From contig JAQUKH010000009.1 in NCBI GenBank assembly GCA_028719205.1, forward strand, positions 1-64,000: DNA of 64,000 nt, written 5' to 3'. How positions within the stretch are numbered: the stretch's first letter is position 1; each line of letters begins with the position of its first letter. Positions 18,922 through 28,272 of the stretch are shown here, piece after piece. The stretch comes from a bacterium (GTDB lineage Bacteria > JACRDZ01 > JAQUKH01). The notes beneath the pieces are model-generated. The model made no database searches. It had not been told where the DNA came from and saw only the letters and a program-made list of their open reading frames with translations. The position numbers and the translations under genes are program-made.

Positions 18922-19403
18922 TGAGAAAGATAAAGTTTTTGATATTATTATTAACATTATTTATGATTTTCTCCGTTTCTCTAAAAGCGGAAGAGAATGA
19001 AGTTGTGAGTGAGGAAGGCCAAAGCGCCCCGCATGAGACCGGAACGCCTTTAGTATATTATTTGAACTGGGCGGGCCTGATTGCGATGTGTGTGATTGTT
19101 TTGAGGGAGGTTAAAAATAAAAAAAGTGATAAAAAACACCAGGAAGATAAAAAAGATATTGAGTTTTATGAAGCCGGTTCTGAAAAACCAAATGATCCGG
19201 AGCATAAGTTCCAAAAACCGGTGCTTAAACCGGTTCTTTTGATACTTTTAGCGGTGTTAATATTTTTTGGCGAGCAGTTGCCGGTATTATCTGATTTTCA
19301 TGAAAATTTAGCTGCCGGGTATTTTAGATTTATTTTTAAAATTCTTATAGGTGTTTTAATGTTATCGTACGGCCTTTCCAGTATGGAAGAGGAACATCAT
19401 TAG
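18921..19403 (+). CDS. Uncharacterised membrane protein inside the nuo-like operon (~160 aa)
   Basis: ATG overlaps the upstream TAA (taATG). Signal-peptide-like N-terminus, about 3 further hydrophobic segments, ends EEEHH. Confidence 0.8.
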   Translation: MRKIKFLILLLTLFMIFSVSLKAEENEVVSEEGQSAPHETGTPLVYYLNWAGLIAMCVIVLREVKNKKSDKKHQEDKKDIEFYEAGSEKPNDPEHKFQKPVLKPVLLILLAVLIFFGEQLPVLSDFHENLAAGYFRFIFKILIGVLMLSYGLSSMEEEHH

Positions 19404-19412
19404 GAGATATTA

Positions 19413-20963
19413 ATGGTTATCGAAAGCAGTTTACCTTTATTTGCTATCTTTATTCCTTTATTGGGATCAATTGCGATTCCGATATTAAGGGGGAAAATAG
19501 AGAAATATGTTAATCAATTTACTGTATTAATAACGGTCTTGACCTTTGCGATGGTTTTGCTGATGTATCCGGATATAGGCCGCGGGAATATTCTGGAGAA
19601 GAGCTTTAATTCAGGATTTAGTATTGGTTTTCTTTTTCAGGTAGACGCTTTAGGTTATTTTATTGGATTTATTTCCGCCTTTATCTGGATGCTGACAAGT
19701 TTTTATAGTATTGAGTACATGGCTAATAAAGGCAATTTACTGAGATATAATATGTTTTCTTTGCTTTCTCTTGCAGGTATGCTCGGAGTTGTTTTTACCG
19801 GGAATCTTTTTAGTTTGTATCTTGCGTTTGAATTATTGACGGTTGCGTCCTATGTTTTAATTATACAGGAAGAAAATTCTAAAGCCATGCGGGCAGGTAT
19901 GATCTATCTTTTTATGGGGATCGCAGGCGGATTGATACTTTTATTTTCGATTTTAGCAACATACGCAATGGCGGGAACCGGAGATTTTACGGGTCTAGCC
20001 TCAAAATTATCAGGGAGCCCTTTATTACATTCTTTATTGCCATATGTTTTCTGGGGTTATATTATCGGTTTTGGAGTAAAGGCAGGCCTTTTCCCATTTC
20101 ACGTATGGGTTCCTGAAGCATATTCCATAACGCCTTCTCCTTCATCTGCGCTTTTTGCCGGTGTAATGAAAAAAGCGGGGGCATATGGTATTTTACGCGC
20201 TATTTACAGTATTGTAGGGATGGATTTGCTTAGAGGTGAAACCATGCTGACAGTCTTGTTAGTTTTTTCACTGATAAGTATATTTTTAGGTTCTGCCATA
20301 GCTATATCACAAACAGAATTAAAAAAGATGCTTGCATATTCCAGTATCGCTCAGATCGGATATATTGTGTTGGGTTTTGCGCTCCTTACTCCAAGAGGCG
20401 CGACGGGCGGGACTTTACATATTTTAAATCACGCGTTAACAAAAAGTACTTTATTTTTAGCCGCAGGAAGTTTTATTTTTAAAAAAGGAATAGTAAATAT
20501 AGCTGATCTGGAAGGAATAGGGAAAAAAATGCCTGTTACTACTGCCTGTTTCACTATTGCCGGCTTATCAATGATCGGATTTCCGCCTTTTTGTGGTTTT
20601 ATCAGTAAATGGTTTCTGGCGTTAGGTTCATTGGATGTGGTGAATTATGGCTCATATAGTTTTTATGTCGGGGTGATTGCGTTAAGTACACTAATGCTTA
20701 GCAGTTTTATGAATCTGGTTTATTACGGGCCTGTTATTTATAAGGCATGGTTTGGAGGAGAAAATTCAGACAATCCTTCACTGGAATACGCGGTGACTGA
20801 TGAGGAATCAAAAATCGAGGATCCAAGTTTATATATGTTAATACCTTTAATTATTTTAACTGCCGGGATCGTGTGTTTTGGTATTTTTCCGCAGTTTCCT
20901 GTATCGTTCGTTCAAAAGATCGTAGATGGCTTTTTTTCTGCCGGAGGGTGTATAGTTAAATGA
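19413..20963 (+). CDS. Extra antiporter-like subunit 3 (MrpD-like, close paralog of subunit 2)
   Basis: 'AFE', 'FWGYIIGFGVKAG', 'GVMKKAG', 'ELKKMLAYSSI', 'GFISKW'. Confidence 0.92.
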   Translation: MVIESSLPLFAIFIPLLGSIAIPILRGKIEKYVNQFTVLITVLTFAMVLLMYPDIGRGNILEKSFNSGFSIGFLFQVDALGYFIGFISAFIWMLTSFYSIEYMANKGNLLRYNMFSLLSLAGMLGVVFTGNLFSLYLAFELLTVASYVLIIQEENSKAMRAGMIYLFMGIAGGLILLFSILATYAMAGTGDFTGLASKLSGSPLLHSLLPYVFWGYIIGFGVKAGLFPFHVWVPEAYSITPSPSSALFAGVMKKAGAYGILRAIYSIVGMDLLRGETMLTVLLVFSLISIFLGSAIAISQTELKKMLAYSSIAQIGYIVLGFALLTPRGATGGTLHILNHALTKSTLFLAAGSFIFKKGIVNIADLEGIGKKMPVTTACFTIAGLSMIGFPPFCGFISKWFLALGSLDVVNYGSYSFYVGVIALSTLMLSSFMNLVYYGPVIYKAWFGGENSDNPSLEYAVTDEESKIEDPSLYMLIPLIILTAGIVCFGIFPQFPVSFVQKIVDGFFSAGGCIVK

Positions 20964-23464
20964 TAGTACAATCAATAACTAATCAAATGGGGTTGGAATC
21001 CGCTCTTCCGATATGGATAATTCTGGTTCCGATATTAACGGCGTTTATAAGTATATTTGTCGCAAGGTTCAGCGAAGTTATGCGTAAATTTGTTGTTATA
21101 GGCGGATCTGTCCTGGATTTTATTCTTGTCTTATTAATGGGCAAACCTGTTTTATCCGGAGGCGGGATAGCAATTTCAATGCCTTGGATGGAAAGATTTA
21201 ATCTGGGATTCCGGGTGGATCATATTGGTTATTTAATGGTGCTTTTAGTAAGTTTTGTCTGGCTGTTGGCCACGATTTATGGCCAGGGTTATTTTAAAAA
21301 GGAAGACAAAGGCGCCCGTTATGACTTTTTCAGTTTGATTACAATGTCAATGAACCTGGGGGTTATGCTTGCGGGAGATTTCCTCACTTTGTTCATATTT
21401 TTTGAAGGGCTGGTAATATTTCCTTACAGTATGATAGCTCACAAGGGTGATGACAAATCGATTAAAGGCGCGAATTTTTATCTTTATGTTGGTGTTGTTA
21501 CAGGTTTGATGCTGTTAGGCGGAATGATCATGCTGAACTATTTTACCGGAAGCCTGGATATAATCAGCCAGGGCGCGAAATTAAGCAGTATTCCGAATCA
21601 GGCAAAATATATTATAGCCTTCTTAATGATTGCTGGTTTTGGCGGAAAGGCCGCATTGTTCGGCGAACATATCTGGGTTCCCAGGATGTATCCGAATACA
21701 TTAAGCATTACAGCCTGCTTATCAAGCGGCGCGATGATCAAGGCGGGGGCATATGGAATATTCAGGGTTTTAAACTTAATTTATAGCGGATTTGACAGTA
21801 ATTTGCTTACGCAGGAAAATATAGGTTATGTGTTGATCATGGTTGGTGTCGTGACAATGTTTTTAGGTGTTTTAAACGCGCTGATCAGCAGTGATTCGCA
21901 GGAAATGCTGGGGTACCATAGCGTAAGCCAGATGGGTTATATCATGATGGGTTTAGGCTGTGCGGCTTATATGGGGAAAGACGGGGCAATGGGATTGTCG
22001 GGCGCGATATATCATATTGTAAATCACAGCCTTTTTAAGGCAAGTTTGTTTTTATGCGTAGGCGCGGTGTATTACGCCACAGGCGAACAGGACATGTATA
22101 AATCAGGCGGATTATTTAAAAAAATGCCTTTGACCGCGATCTGTCTGTTAATAGCTGTACTGGGTATTTCGGGGGTGCCGGGCTTTAACGGTTTTGCCAG
22201 TAAAACATTATTACATCATTCCATTTTAGAAGCGTATGAACATTCCGCGCTTTATTTTGGCAAGCCTGATATTATGCTGCGATTAGCGGAAATAATTTTT
22301 GTTTTAACCGCGGCAGGGACATTCGCTTCAAATATTAAGCTGTTCATTTTAGTATTTTTAGGTAAAGAGAAAGAGGTATCGAAAGACGCGAAAGAAGTAC
22401 CTGTTTTAATGAAGATAAGCTTAATAGGTTTTTCAGCTGTAATAATATTTTTAGGATTATTCCCAAATTGGCTTTTAGAGCATATAATCGGGCCGGGCCT
22501 CAGTGCTTATGGATATGATCCTTCATCTCACGCGTACCATCTGATTTATAATATTCATGCAAGCGATATCCACTCTACTTTGCCTATCTTGTATGAACCG
22601 TTGACAAAGGCGTTTTTTACGAGTTCAGCTGTTCTTCATAATTTATTGCCCGGCGCTACAGCTATATTTTTTGGAGGTATGTATTTTATATTAGGAATGC
22701 GGTTTGGATGGTTTCATGTTTATGTTACGGAAAAATTTACCGTGGAGTTTTATTACAGAAAAGTTTTTGACGGTTTCAAATATTTTTGTGTAAAGCCGTG
22801 CGTTATTTTTGCCATGTGGGTCAGAGAGTTGATTTCTGTTTTGATGGTTTATATCTGGGTGCCCGGAAGCCATGAAGGAATTTTCATAAAACGTCCTGCG
22901 CCTAAAGCAAAAGGTTTAGAACTTTTTAGCGACGCGGAAACCAAATTCAATCTGGTTTATGATGAGAAGGATAAGCAGCAGCCAGGCGCGCTGGATATGC
23001 TGGCGCGTGTAGAAGGCGGAACAAATGGCCAGAAAAGGCCGGGAGCGTGGGAAGTGTTTGGAAGGGCGGATACAAATTACGATAACATGCTTGGCGGGGC
23101 TATTCAAAGACAGGGAGGTTTGTGGAGGATTTTTGGCAGTACTGATATGACATATGATACGATTTTAGATCGTGTTATTGCCGCTATCGTAGGTTTAGAA
23201 GAAATACCGATTTCGAGAATTGAAGAAGTAAAAGTTTTAGAAAAGCTGCCTGGAGAGGATTTGGTGGCGAATTATTATATATTCTGTGACGCGAATAAAT
23301 CAGTAGATATGAATGTTATTGATGGTTTTGTAAATTATATAGCGGATATGACAAGCGGGCTGGGCAGTATATTAAGGAAATTACAGACGGGCAGAGTTTC
23401 AAGTTACGCGTACAGTTTTGTTTTGGGCGCGGTAGTTTTAATGGCTGTATTATTGTTGAGATAG
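20960..23464 (+). CDS. nuoL: NuoL-like subunit, 834 aa: MrpD-like core, long repeat-containing extension, canonical NuoL C-terminus
   Basis: Core 'FFE', 'GFGGK', 'GAMIKAG', 'GFASK'. Tail 'D..VIDGFVN...LRKLQTGRVSSYAY...G' is the NuoL helix end plus last TM. Confidence 0.85.
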   Translation: MIVQSITNQMGLESALPIWIILVPILTAFISIFVARFSEVMRKFVVIGGSVLDFILVLLMGKPVLSGGGIAISMPWMERFNLGFRVDHIGYLMVLLVSFVWLLATIYGQGYFKKEDKGARYDFFSLITMSMNLGVMLAGDFLTLFIFFEGLVIFPYSMIAHKGDDKSIKGANFYLYVGVVTGLMLLGGMIMLNYFTGSLDIISQGAKLSSIPNQAKYIIAFLMIAGFGGKAALFGEHIWVPRMYPNTLSITACLSSGAMIKAGAYGIFRVLNLIYSGFDSNLLTQENIGYVLIMVGVVTMFLGVLNALISSDSQEMLGYHSVSQMGYIMMGLGCAAYMGKDGAMGLSGAIYHIVNHSLFKASLFLCVGAVYYATGEQDMYKSGGLFKKMPLTAICLLIAVLGISGVPGFNGFASKTLLHHSILEAYEHSALYFGKPDIMLRLAEIIFVLTAAGTFASNIKLFILVFLGKEKEVSKDAKEVPVLMKISLIGFSAVIIFLGLFPNWLLEHIIGPGLSAYGYDPSSHAYHLIYNIHASDIHSTLPILYEPLTKAFFTSSAVLHNLLPGATAIFFGGMYFILGMRFGWFHVYVTEKFTVEFYYRKVFDGFKYFCVKPCVIFAMWVRELISVLMVYIWVPGSHEGIFIKRPAPKAKGLELFSDAETKFNLVYDEKDKQQPGALDMLARVEGGTNGQKRPGAWEVFGRADTNYDNMLGGAIQRQGGLWRIFGSTDMTYDTILDRVIAAIVGLEEIPISRIEEVKVLEKLPGEDLVANYYIFCDANKSVDMNVIDGFVNYIADMTSGLGSILRKLQTGRVSSYAYSFVLGAVVLMAVLLLR

Positions 23465-23471
23465 GAGAAAT

Positions 23472-25007
23472 ATGTTTCCAATTTTGTCAATTTTAACTTT
23501 TTTACCTCTTGCAGGCGCGTGTCTGGTTCTTCTCTTTATCCCTAAAGATAAAGAAGAGCTGATCAGAAAAATTACATTAGTAATTTCACTTGTGGAATTA
23601 ATTTTGGCAGTATTCCTTGTTTATGAATTTAATCCGGGAAAGATCGAAATGCAATTTGTGGAAAAATTGCCGTGGATCCCGTCGGTAGGCATTGAATATT
23701 TTATGGGTGTAGACGGAATAAGTGTTTTGATCATTCTTTTGACTGCTATTTTAACGTCGGTTTCCATCCTTGCCTCTTGGACCTCGATTAAAAACAGAGT
23801 TAGAGAATTTTATCCTTTACTTCTTTTTATTGAAACTGCTGTAATAGGTTCACTGGCTTCATTAGATTTTGTGCTTTTTTATATTTTCTGGGAAATTATG
23901 CTTATTCCGATGTTTTTCCTGATCGGCGTTTGGGGTGGAGAGAATAGGCTGTACGCGGCTGTAAAGTTTTTCCTTTTTACCTTGTTTGGCAGCGTATTAA
24001 TGCTTGTAGGTATTTTGGCTTTATATTTTAAATTTTATGAATTGACCGGTGGGGCATTAGGTGGCGGTGAATTAACTTTTAATATTTTAAAATTAAGATC
24101 TGTTTCTTATCCGATTAATTTTCAGCTTTGGGTATTCGCGGCATTTTTTGTGGGATGGGCGATCAAAATACCGATGTTTCCATTCCATACATGGCTTCCG
24201 GATGCCCATGTACAGGCTCCGACCGCGGGGAGTATTATTCTTGCGGGTGTTTTATTAAAGATGGGAGCATATGGATTTTTACGTTTCAGTTTACCTTTAT
24301 TCCCATATGCGAGCCATGCCTTTGCGCCTTTGGTCGGGATCTTAGCGGTTATCGCGATAATATATGGGGCATTTCTGGCTATTTCTCAAAAGGATATGAA
24401 AAAACTGGTGGCATATTCCAGTGTCAGCCATATGGGTTTTATAGTATTGGGAATTTTTTCATTCAGTCAATTCGGTCTGGAGGGGGCAATACTTCAATTA
24501 TTTAATCATGGTGTTACTACCGGGGCATTATTTTTGTGTGTTGGTTTGCTTTATGACCGCGCGCATACAAAACAGATAGAGGATTTTGGGGGATTATCTA
24601 AACAGGTTCCGATATTTACTTTTTTCTTCACTTTGTTCCTGCTGGCTTCAATGGGGGTGCCGGCCCTTTCAGGTTTTATGGGGGAATTTTTGATACTGAC
24701 CGGGGCGGTAAAAAATAATGTTATTCTTCATAATGGATTATATAGATTTTTTGGTGTTTTTGCGGTAGCGGGTATTCCTTTAGGCGCGGCTTATTCCTTG
24801 TGGTTGTATCAGCGAGTAATGCTGGGGCATAAGGTAAATCCTAAACATGTTAATATGCTTGACCTGAATCTTAGGGAGGGCATATGCCTGGCAACACTTG
24901 CAATATTTGTTATCTGGATCGGTGTTTATCCTGATCCATTTTTAAGGATTTTTCGCGTTGCCGCTGAACAAATTGTTTTACAGGCAGGAAAGGCTGGAGG
25001 TATTTAG
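23472..25007 (+). CDS. nuoM: NADH:quinone oxidoreductase subunit M
   Basis: 'FYIFWE', 'KIPMFPFHTWLPDAHVQAPTAGS..LAGVLLKMG', 'AYSSVSHMG', 'GFMGEF'. Confidence 0.96.
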   Translation: MFPILSILTFLPLAGACLVLLFIPKDKEELIRKITLVISLVELILAVFLVYEFNPGKIEMQFVEKLPWIPSVGIEYFMGVDGISVLIILLTAILTSVSILASWTSIKNRVREFYPLLLFIETAVIGSLASLDFVLFYIFWEIMLIPMFFLIGVWGGENRLYAAVKFFLFTLFGSVLMLVGILALYFKFYELTGGALGGGELTFNILKLRSVSYPINFQLWVFAAFFVGWAIKIPMFPFHTWLPDAHVQAPTAGSIILAGVLLKMGAYGFLRFSLPLFPYASHAFAPLVGILAVIAIIYGAFLAISQKDMKKLVAYSSVSHMGFIVLGIFSFSQFGLEGAILQLFNHGVTTGALFLCVGLLYDRAHTKQIEDFGGLSKQVPIFTFFFTLFLLASMGVPALSGFMGEFLILTGAVKNNVILHNGLYRFFGVFAVAGIPLGAAYSLWLYQRVMLGHKVNPKHVNMLDLNLREGICLATLAIFVIWIGVYPDPFLRIFRVAAEQIVLQAGKAGGI

Positions 25008-25012
25008 TTTTT

Positions 25013-26470
25013 ATGGAACAATTAAATTATTTGAGTTTATTACCGGAAATAGTTATTATTTTGGCAGGAATACTGGTTATTGCTGCTGATCTTATAATAG
25101 ATAAGAAGGATAATATTATCAGCGAAGTGATCTCCGTACTTGGATTAATTATTGCGCTTTTTTTAACAGGCAATCAATTCTTAAATCCGGAGATCATATC
25201 TCAGAATAATATGCTGATATCTGATTCCTATGCTGTGTTTTTTAAGGTAGCTCTGATCATACTTTCTTTAATGGTCATTTTAATCTCATCACATCATATC
25301 AGAGAACGCGGTATTACTCATCGGGCTGAATATTTTACTTTTATTCTTTTCGCCACAGTAGGTATGATGATTATGGCCGGAAGTTTGGATCTTGTAACTG
25401 TTTATGTCGGACTGGAGTTAATGGCAATTTCCATATATATTCTTGTCGGGATTTCCAGGACGGAATTCCTTTCAAATGAGGCAGCGTTAAAGTATTTTCT
25501 TTTAGGCCTGTTAGCTACCGCTTTTCTGCTTTACGGGATCTCGTTCACTTATGGAATGTTCGGGACAACTAATCTGGTTGTAATTAAAAACTTTTTGCAA
25601 AATAATACAACTGCTAACAGCGGTTATATACTGGTTTTGGTTTTTCTTGTAATAGCGTTTGGTTTTAAGGTTGCGGCTGTTCCCTTTCATATGTGGACCC
25701 CTGACGCGTATGAGGGCGCGATGACTCCGGTTACCGGTTTTATGTCTGTCGGCCCGAAATTGGCCGCGTTCGCGGTGTTAGGCAGGGTTTTTGTTTATAG
25801 CTTATTGACATTAAAGGCTGAATGGACGCTTATTTTGACTATTGTTTCAATATTAACTATGACTGTGGGAAATGTGGTTGCGATCGCGCAGACTAATATA
25901 AAAAGAATGCTGGCTTATTCCAGTATTGCCCACGCGGGTTATTGCTTAATGGGGCTTGTGGCGGCAGGCGGGTTGGCGGGAAGCCTGGGATTGCAGTCAG
26001 TTCTTTTTTACCTGAGCGGGTATCTTTTTATGAATGTAGGCGCGTTCTCTATTATAATATTTTTAAATAAGAAAGGTATTTCAGGATCTGAGCTGGATGA
26101 TTTTTCAGGTTTAAATGAACGCTATCCCGGTATCGCGTTAATGATGAGTGTTATTTTGCTTTCTCTGGCGGGGGTACCGCCGACGACGGGCTTTGCCGGA
26201 AAATTGTATGTTTTTATGGCCGCGGTAAAATCAAAATATATGTTTTTAGCGGTTATAGGTGTGCTCAATAGCGTAATTGCTTTATATTATTATCTTAGAA
26301 TAATTGTTTATATGTATATGAAAAAACCTGCTGACCTGAAAGAGGAGACTAATAGGTCTGTGCCGTTATTATTAGTGTTAGGAATCGCGGTAGTTGCGAT
26401 TTTGGTGCTTGGTATTTATCCTGAACCGGTACTAAATTTTGCAAAATCGGCTGCTGGAGGTATGTTTTAA
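25013..26470 (+). CDS. nuoN: NADH:quinone oxidoreductase subunit N
   Basis: 'EAALKYF', 'FKVAAVPFHMWTPDAYEGA', 'KRMLAYSSIAHAG', 'GFAGK', 'YYYLR'. Confidence 0.96.
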   Translation: MEQLNYLSLLPEIVIILAGILVIAADLIIDKKDNIISEVISVLGLIIALFLTGNQFLNPEIISQNNMLISDSYAVFFKVALIILSLMVILISSHHIRERGITHRAEYFTFILFATVGMMIMAGSLDLVTVYVGLELMAISIYILVGISRTEFLSNEAALKYFLLGLLATAFLLYGISFTYGMFGTTNLVVIKNFLQNNTTANSGYILVLVFLVIAFGFKVAAVPFHMWTPDAYEGAMTPVTGFMSVGPKLAAFAVLGRVFVYSLLTLKAEWTLILTIVSILTMTVGNVVAIAQTNIKRMLAYSSIAHAGYCLMGLVAAGGLAGSLGLQSVLFYLSGYLFMNVGAFSIIIFLNKKGISGSELDDFSGLNERYPGIALMMSVILLSLAGVPPTTGFAGKLYVFMAAVKSKYMFLAVIGVLNSVIALYYYLRIIVYMYMKKPADLKEETNRSVPLLLVLGIAVVAILVLGIYPEPVLNFAKSAAGGMF

Positions 26471-26938
26471 ATGGAACTTTCACCTAAACTTATAAAAGAA
26501 ATAAATGAGTTAGCGGATGCATGCCCGAATAAAAAAGGGGCCTTGCTTCCGGTTCTATATTTGGTTCAGAAAGAATATGGTTTTCTTTCAGAGAGCATTT
26601 TAAAGGATATAGCTTTTATTTTAAATATACCGGAGGTTTTTGTTTTTGGCGTGACGACTTTTTATACAATGTTCCATACAAGTGAGCAGGCTAAAAATAT
26701 TATTTCAGTTTGTACAAATATAACCTGCTCATTATTAGGGAGCGAACATATTATTAAGACATTAGAAAATATCTTAAAGATAAAGCCGGGTGAGATGACA
26801 AAAGACAAAAAGTTCAGTTTGAACCTGGTGGAATGTTTGGGTTCCTGCGGAACTGCGCCTGTTATGATGGTAAATGGGGACCTTCATGAGAATCTTACAG
26901 AAGAAAAAATAAAGAGAATTTTAGATACATATAAATGA
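26471..26938 (+). CDS. nuoE: NuoE copy 1 ([2Fe-2S])
   Basis: CTNITC...CLGSC, 'TFYTMF'. Confidence 0.93.
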   Translation: MELSPKLIKEINELADACPNKKGALLPVLYLVQKEYGFLSESILKDIAFILNIPEVFVFGVTTFYTMFHTSEQAKNIISVCTNITCSLLGSEHIIKTLENILKIKPGEMTKDKKFSLNLVECLGSCGTAPVMMVNGDLHENLTEEKIKRILDTYK

Positions 26939-26956
26939 TCAATTGTGGAGATATAA

Positions 26957-28231
26957 ATGGATTATCCTAGTATAACTTTGCGGAATATTAAAGAGCCTGA
27001 TTCACATAAAATAAATACTTATTTAAAATCGGGCGGATATAAAGGATTAACACGTGTTTTGGATGATATGGTTCCGGAAGAGGTTATTGGAAGCATAAAA
27101 CGTTCAGGGCTGCGCGGCCGCGGCGGAGCTTCATTTCCTACCGGGTTGAAATGGGAGTTTGCCCGCAGGGACAGGAATTTCCCGAAATATATTGTATGTA
27201 ATGCGGATGAGGGCGAGCCGGGAACGTTTAAAGACAGGATCCTTATTGAAAAAGATCCGTTCGCGATCATTGAAGGAATGACGATAGCGGGTTTTTCAGT
27301 GGGAGCTGAAAAGGGATATATTTATATAAGAGGTGAATATGTTAAAGGGGCGGAGATCCTGAGAAAGGCGATAAAAGAAGCAAAGGAAAAAAATTTTCTC
27401 GGGAAAAATATCCAGGGGAAAGATTTTAATTTTGACTTGGATGTTTATATGGGCGCAGGGTCATATATCTGCGGTGAAGAGACCGCCTTGATCGAATCTC
27501 TGGAGGGTAATGTGGGATATTCTCGTATTAAACCGCCTTTTCCGATAAATGTCGGATTATGGGATAAGCCTACAGTATTGAATAATGTTGAGACATTTTC
27601 TCTGGTCGCCCCGATCATTGTTAACGGCGATGAATGGTTCTCGAATATAGGCGCCCGTGATTTTCCCGGCACAATGATATATTCTTTGAGCGGGCATGTA
27701 AATAAACCGGGACTGTATGAACTTCCGACAGGGATAAATTTAAAAACTATTATTTATGAGTTTGGCGGAGGTATAAAAGACGGTAAAAAATTGAAGGCGG
27801 TTTTTCCCGGAGGCCTTTCTTCCGGATGTTTAAATGAAAATGAAATTGATATCCCGATGGACCATAAAGCGCTGGCAAAAGTGGGCAGCATGTTAGGTTC
27901 GGGCGCGATAATAGTAATTAATGATGAAACTTGTATGGTAGAGATCGCACGCCGGGGAATGAAATTTTTCAGGCATGAGTCTTGCGGCAAATGTGTGCCA
28001 TGCCGTGAAGGGACATTTTGGATCTCAAAGATAATGTTACGGATCGTGAATGGAGAGGGGAAAAAAGAAGATCTGGATCTGATTAAGGACCTTGGACAGG
28101 GTATGAAAACCGCGGCGTTTTGCGGGTTGGGCTTAGCAGCGGCAAATCCTGTTTTAAGTATTATAAAGAATTTCCCTAAGGATTTTGAATCGCATATTAA
28201 TGATAAGAAATGCGCGTATAATAATAAGTGA
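26957..28231 (+). CDS. nuoF: NuoF copy 1, canonical short FMN/NADH-binding subunit
   Basis: 'GLRGRGGA.FPTG.KW', 'NADEGEPGTFKD', 'GAGSYICGEETAL', 'ESCGKCVPCREG...C'. Confidence 0.95.
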   Translation: MDYPSITLRNIKEPDSHKINTYLKSGGYKGLTRVLDDMVPEEVIGSIKRSGLRGRGGASFPTGLKWEFARRDRNFPKYIVCNADEGEPGTFKDRILIEKDPFAIIEGMTIAGFSVGAEKGYIYIRGEYVKGAEILRKAIKEAKEKNFLGKNIQGKDFNFDLDVYMGAGSYICGEETALIESLEGNVGYSRIKPPFPINVGLWDKPTVLNNVETFSLVAPIIVNGDEWFSNIGARDFPGTMIYSLSGHVNKPGLYELPTGINLKTIIYEFGGGIKDGKKLKAVFPGGLSSGCLNENEIDIPMDHKALAKVGSMLGSGAIIVINDETCMVEIARRGMKFFRHESCGKCVPCREGTFWISKIMLRIVNGEGKKEDLDLIKDLGQGMKTAAFCGLGLAAANPVLSIIKNFPKDFESHINDKKCAYNNK

Positions 28232-28272
28232 ATAGCCGTTTGTGAATAGTAGAAAGAAAAATAGGAAGGATT

